Origin: a virus
Virus genome (UHGV): UHGV-0150809
Length of the DNA: 40,561 nt
Reading direction: 5' to 3' (one strand)
Below are positions 8,684 through 17,324 of this stretch, one piece after another. The notes beneath the pieces were generated by a model. The model worked only from the letters and a program-made list of their open reading frames with translations, searched no databases and was not told the origin of the DNA. Position 1 is the first letter of the stretch, and every line of letters begins with the position of its first letter. The position numbers and the translations under genes were made by a program.

Positions 8684-9174
8684 TGGTCATTTCACCTATA
8701 ACGCTGAAAGCGGCGCAGGAATTTATCGCACAGCACCACCGACACAATAAACCACCAGTGGGGCATAAATTCAGCATTGGTCTGAGAAATAATGCCGGAG
8801 AATTGATAGGTGTGGCGACAGCTGGTCGACCTGTTGCACGACATTTCGACGATGGATTAACGCTTGAAGTAAATCGCACATGTACCACAGGAGAACGCAA
8901 CGCTAACAGCGCGCTTTATGGTGCTATCTGGCGGGCAGCAAAAGCTATGGGTTATCAACGTTGTATTACGTACACCCAGGCAGATGAATCAGGAGCATCT
9001 CTTCGCGCAGCTGGTTTTGTTCGTGTGAAAGAGCTTCCTCCAAGAAAAAGCTGGGCGGAATCAAGCGTCGCCCTGCGGAGTAAACGCGATCCGGTCGGAA
9101 ACGGTGGTATTCCTCGTGTGCTCTGGGAAATCAGGAGAATGAGTACCACTGGCATTCGCATCAAAGGAGAGTGA
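8683..9174 (+). CDS. Hypothetical protein, possible acyltransferase (GNAT)-like fold
   Basis: 163 aa from the ATG at 8683 (AGGAGG RBS); pattern of alternating strand/helix segments suggests a GNAT-like fold; weak, memory-based. Confidence 0.35.
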   Translation: MVISPITLKAAQEFIAQHHRHNKPPVGHKFSIGLRNNAGELIGVATAGRPVARHFDDGLTLEVNRTCTTGERNANSALYGAIWRAAKAMGYQRCITYTQADESGASLRAAGFVRVKELPPRKSWAESSVALRSKRDPVGNGGIPRVLWEIRRMSTTGIRIKGE

Positions 9175-9175
9175 T

Positions 9176-9463
9176 ATGGCAACTTTGCAGGAATTAATCG
9201 ACCTGACGCCAGAACAGGAAAAAGCGTGGAATCGCCTTGTGAAGGCTGTAAAGGATTTCAGGGCAGCCGGAGGAAAGTTTTATAGCGTCCTGGACACGCT
9301 GAGCGCATACAACGGCGAGCACGTTGCCAGCATTGATAACGATAAGGGCTACCACACTGCAAGCGTCTATATGCCTAGCATTGATGCGCCAGGGCTAACC
9401 AGTTGGGCTGATGATTGGCACGGCATCACGCTGAAAGATGGCGTTGAAGTGGATGAGGACTAA
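9176..9463 (+). CDS. Hypothetical protein
   Basis: 95-aa ORF with AAAGGAGAG RBS. Confidence 0.45.
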   Translation: MATLQELIDLTPEQEKAWNRLVKAVKDFRAAGGKFYSVLDTLSAYNGEHVASIDNDKGYHTASVYMPSIDAPGLTSWADDWHGITLKDGVEVDED

Positions 9464-9466
9464 CAC

Positions 9467-10153
9467 ATGACAACTTTCACCGACAAAGAACTGATTAAAG
9501 AAATCAGAGAGCGAATCGGCAGCCTGGACGTGCGAGACAATATTGAGCGCCTGGCTTATGAAATCGCACTGGCATCGCTGGCAGCAGTATCGGATGAACG
9601 AGCAGCCTATGAATTATTTATGGAGAAGCGTTTCGGGGAATCTGTAGATCGCCGTAGGGCAAAAAATGGCGATAGAGAATACATGGCATGGGATATGGCG
9701 CTTGGCTGGATTATCTGGTGTCACCGCGCCGCCATGCTTCAGGGTAGCCAACCTGTAAGCCAAACTTACAACTTGCCAGAATTAATCGAAGGCATGGAAG
9801 TTTCCATTGATGTAAGCACTTGTGATGCTGATTTAGGTAATCGCTATTTCGGCACCGTCACCGAGGCGTTAGAACTTGATACAGCCAAGAATGGTTACAT
9901 CCTCCTGGTTCAGGACGCAGAGCCAAACTTCGATGTAAATGGCAACTATCCGGTAATTCCGGATGGTTGGATAAGCTGTAGTGAGCGAATGCCCCCTCAA
10001 GATGATTGGATTTTAATTTATTCAAAGCACGGCGAGTATATGGCAGGACAGGTGCAAGGGGAATACGTGGAGTTGAGCGACGGCACTTTATCGTGGTTAG
10101 GGAACGTCTTGTTCTGGATGACGTTGCCAGAACCTCCGAAGGGGGCGAAATGA
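9467..10153 (+). CDS. Phage protein with C-terminal DUF551-like domain
   Basis: 228 aa; C-terminal WISCSERMPPQDDWILIY resembles the DUF551 signature common in enterobacterial prophage nin-region proteins. Confidence 0.5.
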   Translation: MTTFTDKELIKEIRERIGSLDVRDNIERLAYEIALASLAAVSDERAAYELFMEKRFGESVDRRRAKNGDREYMAWDMALGWIIWCHRAAMLQGSQPVSQTYNLPELIEGMEVSIDVSTCDADLGNRYFGTVTEALELDTAKNGYILLVQDAEPNFDVNGNYPVIPDGWISCSERMPPQDDWILIYSKHGEYMAGQVQGEYVELSDGTLSWLGNVLFWMTLPEPPKGAK

Positions 10154-10410
10154 TGGATGTAAAAGAGAAGGTTTTGCAGGTGATGCGTTCCCGGGCTGCC
10201 CTGCAAGATAAAGCTCTCGGCGGGGAATATCCATTCACGATAGCAACCTGGAATCTGCGGTTGGCAATGGAGAAGGAATTTCCTGATGAAGAATGGCGTT
10301 CGGCAGATTTGCGCAAAATTCTTATGGAGCTGGCTAAAGACGGAGCAGTATCCAAAGATACCTATGCCAGCCGGATTGGTCAGGCGGTATGGAGACTGGA
10401 GGTGCGGTAA
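10150..10410 (+). CDS. Hypothetical protein
   Basis: ATG overlapping the upstream stop (coupled); MMDVKEKVLQVMRS...; ORF track lists a longer out-of-context start at 10006. Confidence 0.4.
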   Translation: MMDVKEKVLQVMRSRAALQDKALGGEYPFTIATWNLRLAMEKEFPDEEWRSADLRKILMELAKDGAVSKDTYASRIGQAVWRLEVR

Positions 10411-10691
10411 TGGCTAACCTGCAACTTGCCGTCAAAGGTGAATACTTCGATGCCATGATTCGTGGAGAGAAAACGGAAGAGTATCGCCTGTGTAATGACT
10501 ACTGGAATAAGCGAATTATGTTCCGGGAGTATGACCGCCTGATTATCACAAAGGGATATCCGAAGCGCGACGATTCCAGCCGAAGAATTGACGTCCCGTA
10601 TGACGGATATGAAATCAAGACAATCACACATCCGCACTTCGGTGATAAACCGGTAAAGGTGTTCGCGATAAAGGTAAATATTGATGGCTAA
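10410..10691 (+). CDS. ASCH/PUA-like small protein
   Basis: Preferred start MANLQ at 10410 after GGAGG; KGEYFDAMIRGEKTEEYR resembles ASCH-domain N-termini; memory-based. Confidence 0.4.
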   Translation: MANLQLAVKGEYFDAMIRGEKTEEYRLCNDYWNKRIMFREYDRLIITKGYPKRDDSSRRIDVPYDGYEIKTITHPHFGDKPVKVFAIKVNIDG

Positions 10692-11022
10692 ATCAGCAGC
10701 AGAGCGCAAAGCCGCTCAGAGAGCCAGACAAGCTGCATCTGGTGTGCGTAAGCTGGAGATTGTGCTTGATGCTCAGGAAATTGAAATGCTGGAGCGTAAC
10801 TGTGCCACGCGTCGCCCCGGGCGTGCGCCTTACGAATTTGGTGAGTATATAGCGTTACTGATCCGCCAGGATGATGCACGCGTGCGCGGGCGTATAAAAT
10901 CGATCAGCAGAAAACGTTGCGGTAAGTGCGGCGAGAGAGTTCCAGTTAATTCATGCCCGTGTAATGGTGACTCGCAATGCTGGGTGACTAAAGGCTGGCA
11001 TGAAACGAAATTAATAGTGTGA
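10684..11022 (+). CDS. Ribbon-helix-helix plus C-terminal zinc-ribbon protein at the early/late junction (candidate late-gene regulator)
   Basis: 112 aa; RKLEIVLDAQEIEMLERN fits an RHH strand-helix; C-terminal CGKCGERVPVNSCPCNGDSQC cysteine cluster; last gene before the late promoter/terminator region. Confidence 0.45.
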   Translation: MAKSAAERKAAQRARQAASGVRKLEIVLDAQEIEMLERNCATRRPGRAPYEFGEYIALLIRQDDARVRGRIKSISRKRCGKCGERVPVNSCPCNGDSQCWVTKGWHETKLIV

Positions 11023-11030
11023 CATGTCAC
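11019..11030. repeat. 12-bp perfect palindrome GTGACATGTCAC, copy 1, overlapping the stop codon of the RHH-Zn gene
   Basis: Exact sequence read; identical copies at 13284-13295 and 30568-30579. Confidence 0.6.
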
Positions 11031-11071
11031 GAGTAGATTATGCATGATGAATTTGATGGATTTTGAATACT

Positions 11072-11097
11072 GCCGCCAACTATGGCGGCTTTATTTT
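11072..11097 (+). terminator. Rho-independent terminator immediately upstream of the terminase genes (tR'-like)
   Basis: GCCGCCA-acta-TGGCGGC hairpin followed by TTTATTTT, about 45 bp before the terminase small-subunit start. Confidence 0.5.
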
Positions 11098-11140
11098 GCA
11101 TGGTACTATTACCACAACGGTAACAATTACCACGGTGGTT

Positions 11141-11737
11141 ATGATGCCTGCTGAACCTAAAACCTATAAACGCAAATCAACGCAATTTAAGCCGCTCACA
11201 GCAATGCAGGAGGCTTATTGCCAGTCATACATCAAAACGCCTGAAAACCAGACTCAGGCTGCGATTAACGCAGGATTCTCCCCAAATACAGCGGCAGTTA
11301 AAGCCAGTGTCATGATGCGCGATGAACGCATTCAGAAACGGATTGCCGAGTTGATGGAGGAGCGCAACAAACGAATGCGTGTCAGTGCTGATTACGTTCT
11401 CATGCGCCTGGTGGAGATCGACCAGATGGACGTGATCGACATCCTCAACGACGATGGGAGCCTTAAACCAATCCGTGAGTGGCCGAAAATCTGGCGCACT
11501 ACGCTTAGTGGCTTTGATCTGTCATCGACCATCATGAACATGAACGAGGATTCAATAGAGACAATCCTCAAAAAAATTAAATGGCCTGACAAGGTGAAGA
11601 ACCTTGAGCTGATTGGTAAGCATGTTGATGTCAACGCATTCAAAGAACGTCTGGATGTTAATGTGAATGTGACAATTGCTGATCGCATAGCAGCAGCCAG
11701 GAAGCGACTCAAAGAACGTCAGGATGGTAATCAGTGA
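11141..11737 (+). CDS. Terminase small subunit
   Basis: Position immediately upstream of the large subunit with overlapping stop/start; ORF track 11063..11737 would begin inside the terminator hairpin, so the MMPAEPKTY start at 11141 is preferred. Confidence 0.55.
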   Translation: MMPAEPKTYKRKSTQFKPLTAMQEAYCQSYIKTPENQTQAAINAGFSPNTAAVKASVMMRDERIQKRIAELMEERNKRMRVSADYVLMRLVEIDQMDVIDILNDDGSLKPIREWPKIWRTTLSGFDLSSTIMNMNEDSIETILKKIKWPDKVKNLELIGKHVDVNAFKERLDVNVNVTIADRIAAARKRLKERQDGNQ

Positions 11738-13209
11738 CAGATACAGCGTTATCTCCTGAAGAGCAGTTAATCGAGGATATTGCAGGGTTCACTCACGATC
11801 CGCTTGGCTATGCCCTCTATGCGTTCCCGTGGGGGGAAGATGGGACTGAACTGGCACATGCCACCGGTCCACGTCAGTGGCAGGCTGATGCGTTCCGAGA
11901 GATACGTGATCACCTGCAGAATCCAGAGACGCGCTATCAGCCGCTTATGCTGGCACGCGCTTCGGGTCACGGTATTGGTAAATCCGCATTCATCTCAATG
12001 CTGATCAACTGGGGCATGTCCACTTGCGAGGATTGTAAGGTTGTGGTGACCGCCAACACCGACAACCAGCTACGAACGAAGACCTGGCCGGAAATTATCA
12101 AGTGGTCGAACCTTGCTATCACGAAAGACTGGTTTACCTGTACCGCTACCGCGATGTACAGCAATGATCCTGGACACGACAAGCGGTGGCGAGCTGACGC
12201 AATACCCTGGTCTGAGCACAACACTGAGGCATTCGCCGGACTACACAACGAGCGCAAACGCATCATCGTGGTATTCGATGAAGCGTCGAACATTGCGGAT
12301 CTGGTGTGGGAAGTTGCCGAGGGTGCGCTAACGGACGAAGACACTGAGATTATCTGGGTGGCGTTCGGAAACCCGACGCGTAATACCGGACGTTTCCGCG
12401 AATGTTTCCGCAAATATAAACACCGCTGGAAAACTGCGCAGATTGACAGCCGGACGGTGGAAGGCACCAACAAACAGCAGTTGCAGAAATGGGTTGATGA
12501 CTACGGGGAAGACAGCGACTTCGTTAAAATCCGTGTGCGCGGCATATTCCCGGATGCATCGGAATTGCAGTTTATCCCTACCGGACTTACTGACGAGGCA
12601 ATGAAACGGGTGGTCACCGCTGCGCAGGTTGCACATGCTCCGGTGATAATCGGCGTTGACCCGGCATACTCAGGCGTTGATGACGCTGTGATATACCTGC
12701 GGCAGGGGCTGCACAGTAAGGTGCTGTGGACTGGCAACAAGACCACTGACGATCTGATTATGGCAAAGCGTATCGCTGACTTTGAAGACCAGTATCAGGC
12801 TGACGCGGTGTTCATCGACTTCGGTTACGGAACCGGTTTGAAGTCAATCGGTGACGGATGGGGTCGTACATGGCAACTTGTTCCGTTCGGTGGCGCGTCT
12901 ACTGACCCGCAGATGCTCAACAAGCGTGGGGAGATGTTCAATTCATGCAAGACATGGCTGAGGCTGGGCGGCATGCTGGATGACCAGGAAACAGCGGACG
13001 ACCTGTCGGCGGCAGAGTACAAAGTTCGCGTGGACGGTAAAATCATTATCGAACAGAAGGAAGATATCAAGGAGCGGCTTGGGCGTTCTCCTGGTAAAGG
13101 CGATGCGCTACTGCTGACGTTTGCGTTCCCTGTGTCGAAGCGTCTGCGAATTCCCGGTCAGCAGAACCAGCAAGGCAAGGCCATCACAGATTACGATCCC
13201 TATGCTTAA
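11734..13209 (+). CDS. Terminase large subunit
   Basis: 491 aa; Walker-A-like ARASGHGIGKSAF, acidic ATPase motif IIVVFDEAS and C-terminal nuclease-like region; reported start is GTG overlapping the upstream stop. Confidence 0.8.
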   Translation: MTDTALSPEEQLIEDIAGFTHDPLGYALYAFPWGEDGTELAHATGPRQWQADAFREIRDHLQNPETRYQPLMLARASGHGIGKSAFISMLINWGMSTCEDCKVVVTANTDNQLRTKTWPEIIKWSNLAITKDWFTCTATAMYSNDPGHDKRWRADAIPWSEHNTEAFAGLHNERKRIIVVFDEASNIADLVWEVAEGALTDEDTEIIWVAFGNPTRNTGRFRECFRKYKHRWKTAQIDSRTVEGTNKQQLQKWVDDYGEDSDFVKIRVRGIFPDASELQFIPTGLTDEAMKRVVTAAQVAHAPVIIGVDPAYSGVDDAVIYLRQGLHSKVLWTGNKTTDDLIMAKRIADFEDQYQADAVFIDFGYGTGLKSIGDGWGRTWQLVPFGGASTDPQMLNKRGEMFNSCKTWLRLGGMLDDQETADDLSAAEYKVRVDGKIIIEQKEDIKERLGRSPGKGDALLLTFAFPVSKRLRIPGQQNQQGKAITDYDPYA

Positions 13210-13259
13210 TCCGCTGGTGGGGATAATGTCGTTGATATCCTCTGATGAGGATAAAACAA

Positions 13260-13295
13260 AGCCAGCTCATCGGCTGGCTGTTTGTGACATGTCAC
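13260..13295. repeat. Hairpin (AGCCAGC-tcatcg-GCTGGCT) plus GTGACATGTCAC palindrome copy 2 (13284-13295), between convergent genes
   Basis: Read directly from sequence. Confidence 0.55.
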
Positions 13296-13299
13296 TGCG

Positions 13300-13722
13300 T
13301 TAGAAGGTTATTTTATCGAATGCGGCGTTGATTGCCTTGGCGTCCTGCTCAGCACCAACCACATCAAGTAAAGATCTTTTACTAAGCACTTCAGCCAGGC
13401 ATTGTAACTTCATGTTGTATAAGTTTTCGCGCATGTAATCATCATCACTTTTTTCTTTGGCGTATACAGAGCGAGAAATATCAAACACATCGCCTTTTTC
13501 CATTTCAGAACGTTGTGCTGTTATCCAGTCATGGAACGTAACGCTAGTACCATGGTCTTCGCTAAGAGTTAACCCGGTCAGTCCCTCACTCTGAATTACT
13601 TCGTAATGCATTTCATTACCAGCAAAAACGCCATAAAAAACGCAGTCTTCAGCCTGAACGATACGAGAATATTTTAATGGCCATTCATTTAGATACTTAG
13701 CCAACATATCAATTGTCTTCAT
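13300..13722 (-). CDS. Hypothetical moron protein (140 aa), inverted inside the late operon
   Basis: Opposite strand to the flanking late genes; AAGGTGAGA RBS; visibly AT-richer than neighbours; no recognisable motif. Confidence 0.5.
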   Translation of the reverse strand: MKTIDMLAKYLNEWPLKYSRIVQAEDCVFYGVFAGNEMHYEVIQSEGLTGLTLSEDHGTSVTFHDWITAQRSEMEKGDVFDISRSVYAKEKSDDDYMRENLYNMKLQCLAEVLSKRSLLDVVGAEQDAKAINAAFDKITF

Positions 13723-13920
13723 AATCTCACCTTAAAAAAATGCCCGGCGAACCGGGCGAACTGGAAGCAATGAGTTATGCCTTCCGTGGCTGTACTGGTT
13801 TACAGCATGAAGTCATCGCAATGGCGTCCTGCTGTAAAAAGGGCGGTGATAGTCCTTCAAGGGAAACCATCACCGCCAAGCCCCTGGAACTTCTGGCATC
13901 ACGGTCCTTAGGCGTGATTC

Positions 13921-13997
13921 TGGCGTGGCATGCAGGATTCGAACCTGCGACCAACCGCTTAGAAGGCGGTTGCTCTGTCCAACTGAGCTAATGCCAC
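13921..13997 (-). tRNA. tRNA-Arg (anticodon UCU), argU-like
   Basis: Reverse complement folds as a 77-nt cloverleaf: acceptor GTGGCAT/ATGCCAC, D-arm GCTC-AGTTGGACA-GAGC, anticodon loop CTTCTAA, T-arm GCAGG-TTCGAAT-CCTGC, discriminator G and encoded CCA. Confidence 0.8.
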
Positions 13998-14319
13998 AAC
14001 GCTGAGAGCACTTAGCCTGTTAAGGCACCACACTTTGTCGCGGCTCCATAAATGCTCTCATCGTTGTACCCTCGTCTCTTCCGAGGCGTCACACCGAATC
14101 GCCGGGATGGTGAATCCCCGTGCGCGGAATAAAACCGCTCGACTTGCACATTCCGGCTACCTGGTTCGTTTGCCCGAGCAAGGGAGGGTGCCCCTTAAAC
14201 GTATCCAGACCGCTATCGTCGCATGTGCCATACGCCGTACTGCTCAAAATAAAAGCTCACTCCACCTGTTCAATTTAACGACAAGCCAGTCAGGTTAGTA
14301 ACCGGAATGAACTCTTTAG

Positions 14320-14334
14320 TTACCTGAAAGGTAA
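14320..14334. promoter_or_regulatory. Operator-like palindrome TTACCTGAAAGGTAA
   Basis: Perfect copy of the motif in the noncoding region between the tRNA and the connector gene. Confidence 0.4.
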
Positions 14335-14424
14335 TAATTCGCGCGTTAAATGTCAACTATCTACGATAAATAAATCATATGTGGTTAAATTGGTAATAAT
14401 TTAATTGCGTACGGAGTCATTGAT

Positions 14425-14631
14425 ATGTGCATGGGTAGCTCACCATCAGTGCCTGCAACACCAGAAGTTCAGGCAGCACCACAGGAGCAGGATGCTGCCG
14501 TTGTTGATGCCCGCGACGAAGAAACACGTCGCCGTCGCGCTGCTGCTGGTCGTAGTTCTACGCTGCTTACCGGTTCTCAGGGCGACACATCAACCGCTAA
14601 TACCAGCGGTAAAACGCTGCTTGGTCAGTAA
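14425..14631 (+). CDS. Small low-complexity ORF upstream of the connector gene
   Basis: 68 aa; ACGGAG RBS-like sequence 8 nt upstream; Ala/Arg/Thr-rich; an alternative overlapping frame (14405..14644) exists, so coding status is uncertain. Confidence 0.3.
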   Translation: MCMGSSPSVPATPEVQAAPQEQDAAVVDARDEETRRRRAAAGRSSTLLTGSQGDTSTANTSGKTLLGQ

Positions 14632-14645
14632 CCGGAGTCATTGAA

Positions 14646-16325
14646 ATGGCGGAAACAACTAAAGAGCGATTGAACAAACAGTTCGCACAACTTGAAAGCG
14701 AGCGTCAGTCGTTCGAGCCGCACTGGCGCGAGTTGAGTGATTACATCAACCCGCGTGGTTCCCGCTTTCTGACTTCTGAGGCCAACCGTAACGATCGGCG
14801 CAATACACGCATTATTGATTCGACCGGGACTATGGCGGCGCGCACTCTCGCCAGCGGCATGATGTCAGGCATCACAAGCCCCGCGCGTCCGTGGTTTCGC
14901 CTGGCTACGCCAGATCCTGAAATGATGGATTATGGCCCTGTTAAGTTGTGGCTTGAGGCAGTTCAGAACCGCATGAACGATATGTTCAATAAGTCGAATC
15001 TCTACCAGTCTCTTCCGCAGTTATACGGAAGCCTCGGCACATACAGCACTGGTGCAATGGCAGTGCTGGAGGATGACGAGGACATCATTCGCACAATGCC
15101 ATTCCCGATAGGCAGTTACTACCTGGCTAACTCACCTCGTGGCAGTGTTGACACCTGTTTTCGCAAGTTCTCTATGACTGTTCGTCAGCTTGTTCAGGAG
15201 TTCGGGCTAAATAACGTCAGCGAATCCGTAAAAAGCATGTGGGAAAGCGGCACCTACGAGAAGTGGATCGAAGTGAGGCATTCGGTTTACCCGAACATTG
15301 ACCGCGATACATCGAAGCTGGATAGCAAGAACAAGCCATTCAAATCGGTTTATTACGAGGTTGGTGGAGATAACGACAAGTTGTTGCGTGAGTCCGGATT
15401 CGATGAGTTTCCAATTATGGCTCCGCGCTGGGAAGTTAACGGCGAAGATGTTTATGGATCATCATGCCCGGGTATGCTGGCGCTTGGACCTGTTAAGGCA
15501 TTGCAGCTTCTCCAGAAGCGCAAGTCGCAGTTGATTGATAAAGCCACCAATCCGCCGATGGTTGCTCCGACTTCCCTCAAGAATCAGCGCGCCTCCCTTC
15601 TTCCTGGCGACATCACGTATATCGATCAGATTACTGGTCAGGATGGCTTCAGGCCTGCTTATCTGGTTAACCCCAGTACAGCAGATTTGGTGGCAGACAT
15701 TCAGGACACTCGTCAAATCATTAACAGCGCCTACTTTGTCGATCTGTTCATGATGTTGCAGAACATCAATACCCGCTCGATGCCTGTTGAAGCGGTGATC
15801 GAAATGAAAGAAGAAAAACTTCTGATGTTGGGGCCGGTTCTGGAGCGTCTGAACGACGAATGTCTTAATCCTCTCATTGACCGCGCTTTCTCGATGATGG
15901 TGCGCAAAAACATGCTGCCGCCACCGCCTGACGCGATGGAAGGCATGCCCCTGAAGGTCGAATACATTTCCGTCATGGCTCAGGCGCAGAAGTCTATCGG
16001 CCTGTCCAGTCTGGCGTCCACGGTTAACTTCATTGGTCAACTTGCGCAAGCGAAACCAGAAGCTCTCGACAAACTCAACGTTGATCAGGCGATCGATGCA
16101 TTCGCTGATATGTCCGGAGTGTCTCCAACCGTCATTGTTCCGCAGGAACAGGTTGAGCAGGCTCGCCAGCAACGGGCACAGCAACAACAGCAGCAACAAA
16201 TGATGGCGATGGGGATGGCGGCGGCACAGGGGGCCAAGACGCTAAGCGAAGCTAAAACTTCGGATCCGAGTGTGTTGTCAGCTATGGCGAATGCAGTTAG
16301 TGGTCAGGGTGGGCAATCACAATGA
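14646..16325 (+). CDS. Head-to-tail connector (portal), T7 gp8-like
   Basis: 559 aa; GGAG RBS; N-terminal ARTLASGMMSGITSPARPWFRLAT and Gln/Met/Ala-rich C-terminus (QQQQQQQMMAMGMAAAQGA) parallel T7 gp8 as recalled. Confidence 0.8.
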   Translation: MAETTKERLNKQFAQLESERQSFEPHWRELSDYINPRGSRFLTSEANRNDRRNTRIIDSTGTMAARTLASGMMSGITSPARPWFRLATPDPEMMDYGPVKLWLEAVQNRMNDMFNKSNLYQSLPQLYGSLGTYSTGAMAVLEDDEDIIRTMPFPIGSYYLANSPRGSVDTCFRKFSMTVRQLVQEFGLNNVSESVKSMWESGTYEKWIEVRHSVYPNIDRDTSKLDSKNKPFKSVYYEVGGDNDKLLRESGFDEFPIMAPRWEVNGEDVYGSSCPGMLALGPVKALQLLQKRKSQLIDKATNPPMVAPTSLKNQRASLLPGDITYIDQITGQDGFRPAYLVNPSTADLVADIQDTRQIINSAYFVDLFMMLQNINTRSMPVEAVIEMKEEKLLMLGPVLERLNDECLNPLIDRAFSMMVRKNMLPPPPDAMEGMPLKVEYISVMAQAQKSIGLSSLASTVNFIGQLAQAKPEALDKLNVDQAIDAFADMSGVSPTVIVPQEQVEQARQQRAQQQQQQQMMAMGMAAAQGAKTLSEAKTSDPSVLSAMANAVSGQGGQSQ

Positions 16326-16618
16326 CAGATTACGAAGACGATCAACTGAAAGAAGAAAACGCCCGTAAGCAACGTGACATGGCACAGCGTGAAATTGATG
16401 ACATTCGCTTTGTCATGAGCAGTGAACAGGGGCGTCGCGTTGTCTGGTCGGTGCTGGAGAAAGGCCGGGTGTTTTCCGCTATCTCTCCGATGGATGCTAT
16501 GGCAATGGCATTTAATGAGGGGCAACGCAATCTGGCGCTGGAACTGTTTCAGCGCGTTATGGCGCATTGCCCTGAACAGTATTTGAAGATGGCCAAAGAG
16601 GCCAGTGAACAGGAGTGA
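16322..16618 (+). CDS. Hypothetical head-assembly protein
   Basis: 98-aa ORF coupled to the connector stop. Confidence 0.45.
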   Translation: MTDYEDDQLKEENARKQRDMAQREIDDIRFVMSSEQGRRVVWSVLEKGRVFSAISPMDAMAMAFNEGQRNLALELFQRVMAHCPEQYLKMAKEASEQE

Positions 16619-16620
16619 TC

Positions 16621-17316
16621 ATGAGTTTATTTGAGCGTTTGCTGTATCGCCGTCTTTGCAATGAGCAACAAGTCGATGGTGGGGCAGCTCCGGCTGCGTC
16701 AGAACCGTCAGCGCATGCAGATGATAACCCTGCTCCAGTTGGTGATCCATCACAACAGGAAGGTGATAAGCCACAACCTGTTTCTGATGGCGATAAACCT
16801 GCTGATGACAAAAAGCCTGAAAACGATAAGCAGGATGAAAAAAAGGGCGGCGATAAACCAGAGGGTGCGCCTGAGAAGTACGAGTTTCAGGCTGCCGAAG
16901 GCGTAGAGCTGGATACAGAAGCGTTGAAGGAATTCGAGCCGGTGGCGCGAGAACTAAACCTGACCAACGAGCAAGCGCAAAAGCTGGTTGATGCTTATCC
17001 GAAGATTCTGGCAGGTGTTCAGCAGCGCCAGGCAGAAGCCTGGCAGAAAACAACCGAGCAGTGGGCTGCGGATGTAAAAGCTGACAAAGAAATCGGTGGC
17101 GACAAGTTGATTTCTAACCTTAGCGCCGCACAGCGTGCGCTTGACCAGTTCGGGACACCTGAACTCAAAGAATATCTGAACACCACCGGACTGGGTAATC
17201 ACCCTGACCTGGTCAAAACGTTCGTGAAAATCGGAAAGGCGATGTCTGAAGATGGCATGGTCACCGGTGGTAATGAAGGCCAGCGTAGTGCGGCCGAAGT
17301 GCTCTATGGCAAATAA
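16621..17316 (+). CDS. Scaffolding protein
   Basis: Acidic, Lys/Asp/Glu-rich low-complexity N-terminal half and helical C-terminal half; sits between connector and capsid genes; preferred start ATG 16621 after AGGAG. Confidence 0.55.
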   Translation: MSLFERLLYRRLCNEQQVDGGAAPAASEPSAHADDNPAPVGDPSQQEGDKPQPVSDGDKPADDKKPENDKQDEKKGGDKPEGAPEKYEFQAAEGVELDTEALKEFEPVARELNLTNEQAQKLVDAYPKILAGVQQRQAEAWQKTTEQWAADVKADKEIGGDKLISNLSAAQRALDQFGTPELKEYLNTTGLGNHPDLVKTFVKIGKAMSEDGMVTGGNEGQRSAAEVLYGK

Positions 17317-17324
17317 GAGAGGAA

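Noticed and set aside
13740-13991. 83-aa plus-strand ORF
   Set aside because: Overlaps the tRNA-Arg gene and its flanking hairpins; no RBS; the tRNA explains the sequence better.
14000-14300. Possible second tRNA or tmRNA-like gene upstream of tRNA-Arg
   Set aside because: No T-arm (GGTTCGAATCC-type) or acceptor-stem pairing could be found by eye; left as unexplained noncoding sequence rather than called as an RNA gene.
14405-14644. 79-aa ORF in an alternative frame upstream of the connector
   Set aside because: Overlaps the 14425-14631 frame; lacks a Shine-Dalgarno; neither frame is strongly supported, and only the one with an RBS is kept at low confidence.
15462-16199. 245-aa minus-strand ORF inside the connector gene
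   Set aside because: Antisense to a well-supported long coding gene; His/Arg/Leu-rich composition typical of a reverse-frame artefact; no RBS.
16140-16210. CAG/CAA-rich run (poly-Gln) that could be mistaken for a simple-sequence repeat
   Set aside because: It lies in-frame at the connector C-terminus and encodes the Gln/Met-rich tail characteristic of T7-type connectors; coding low complexity, not a repeat element.
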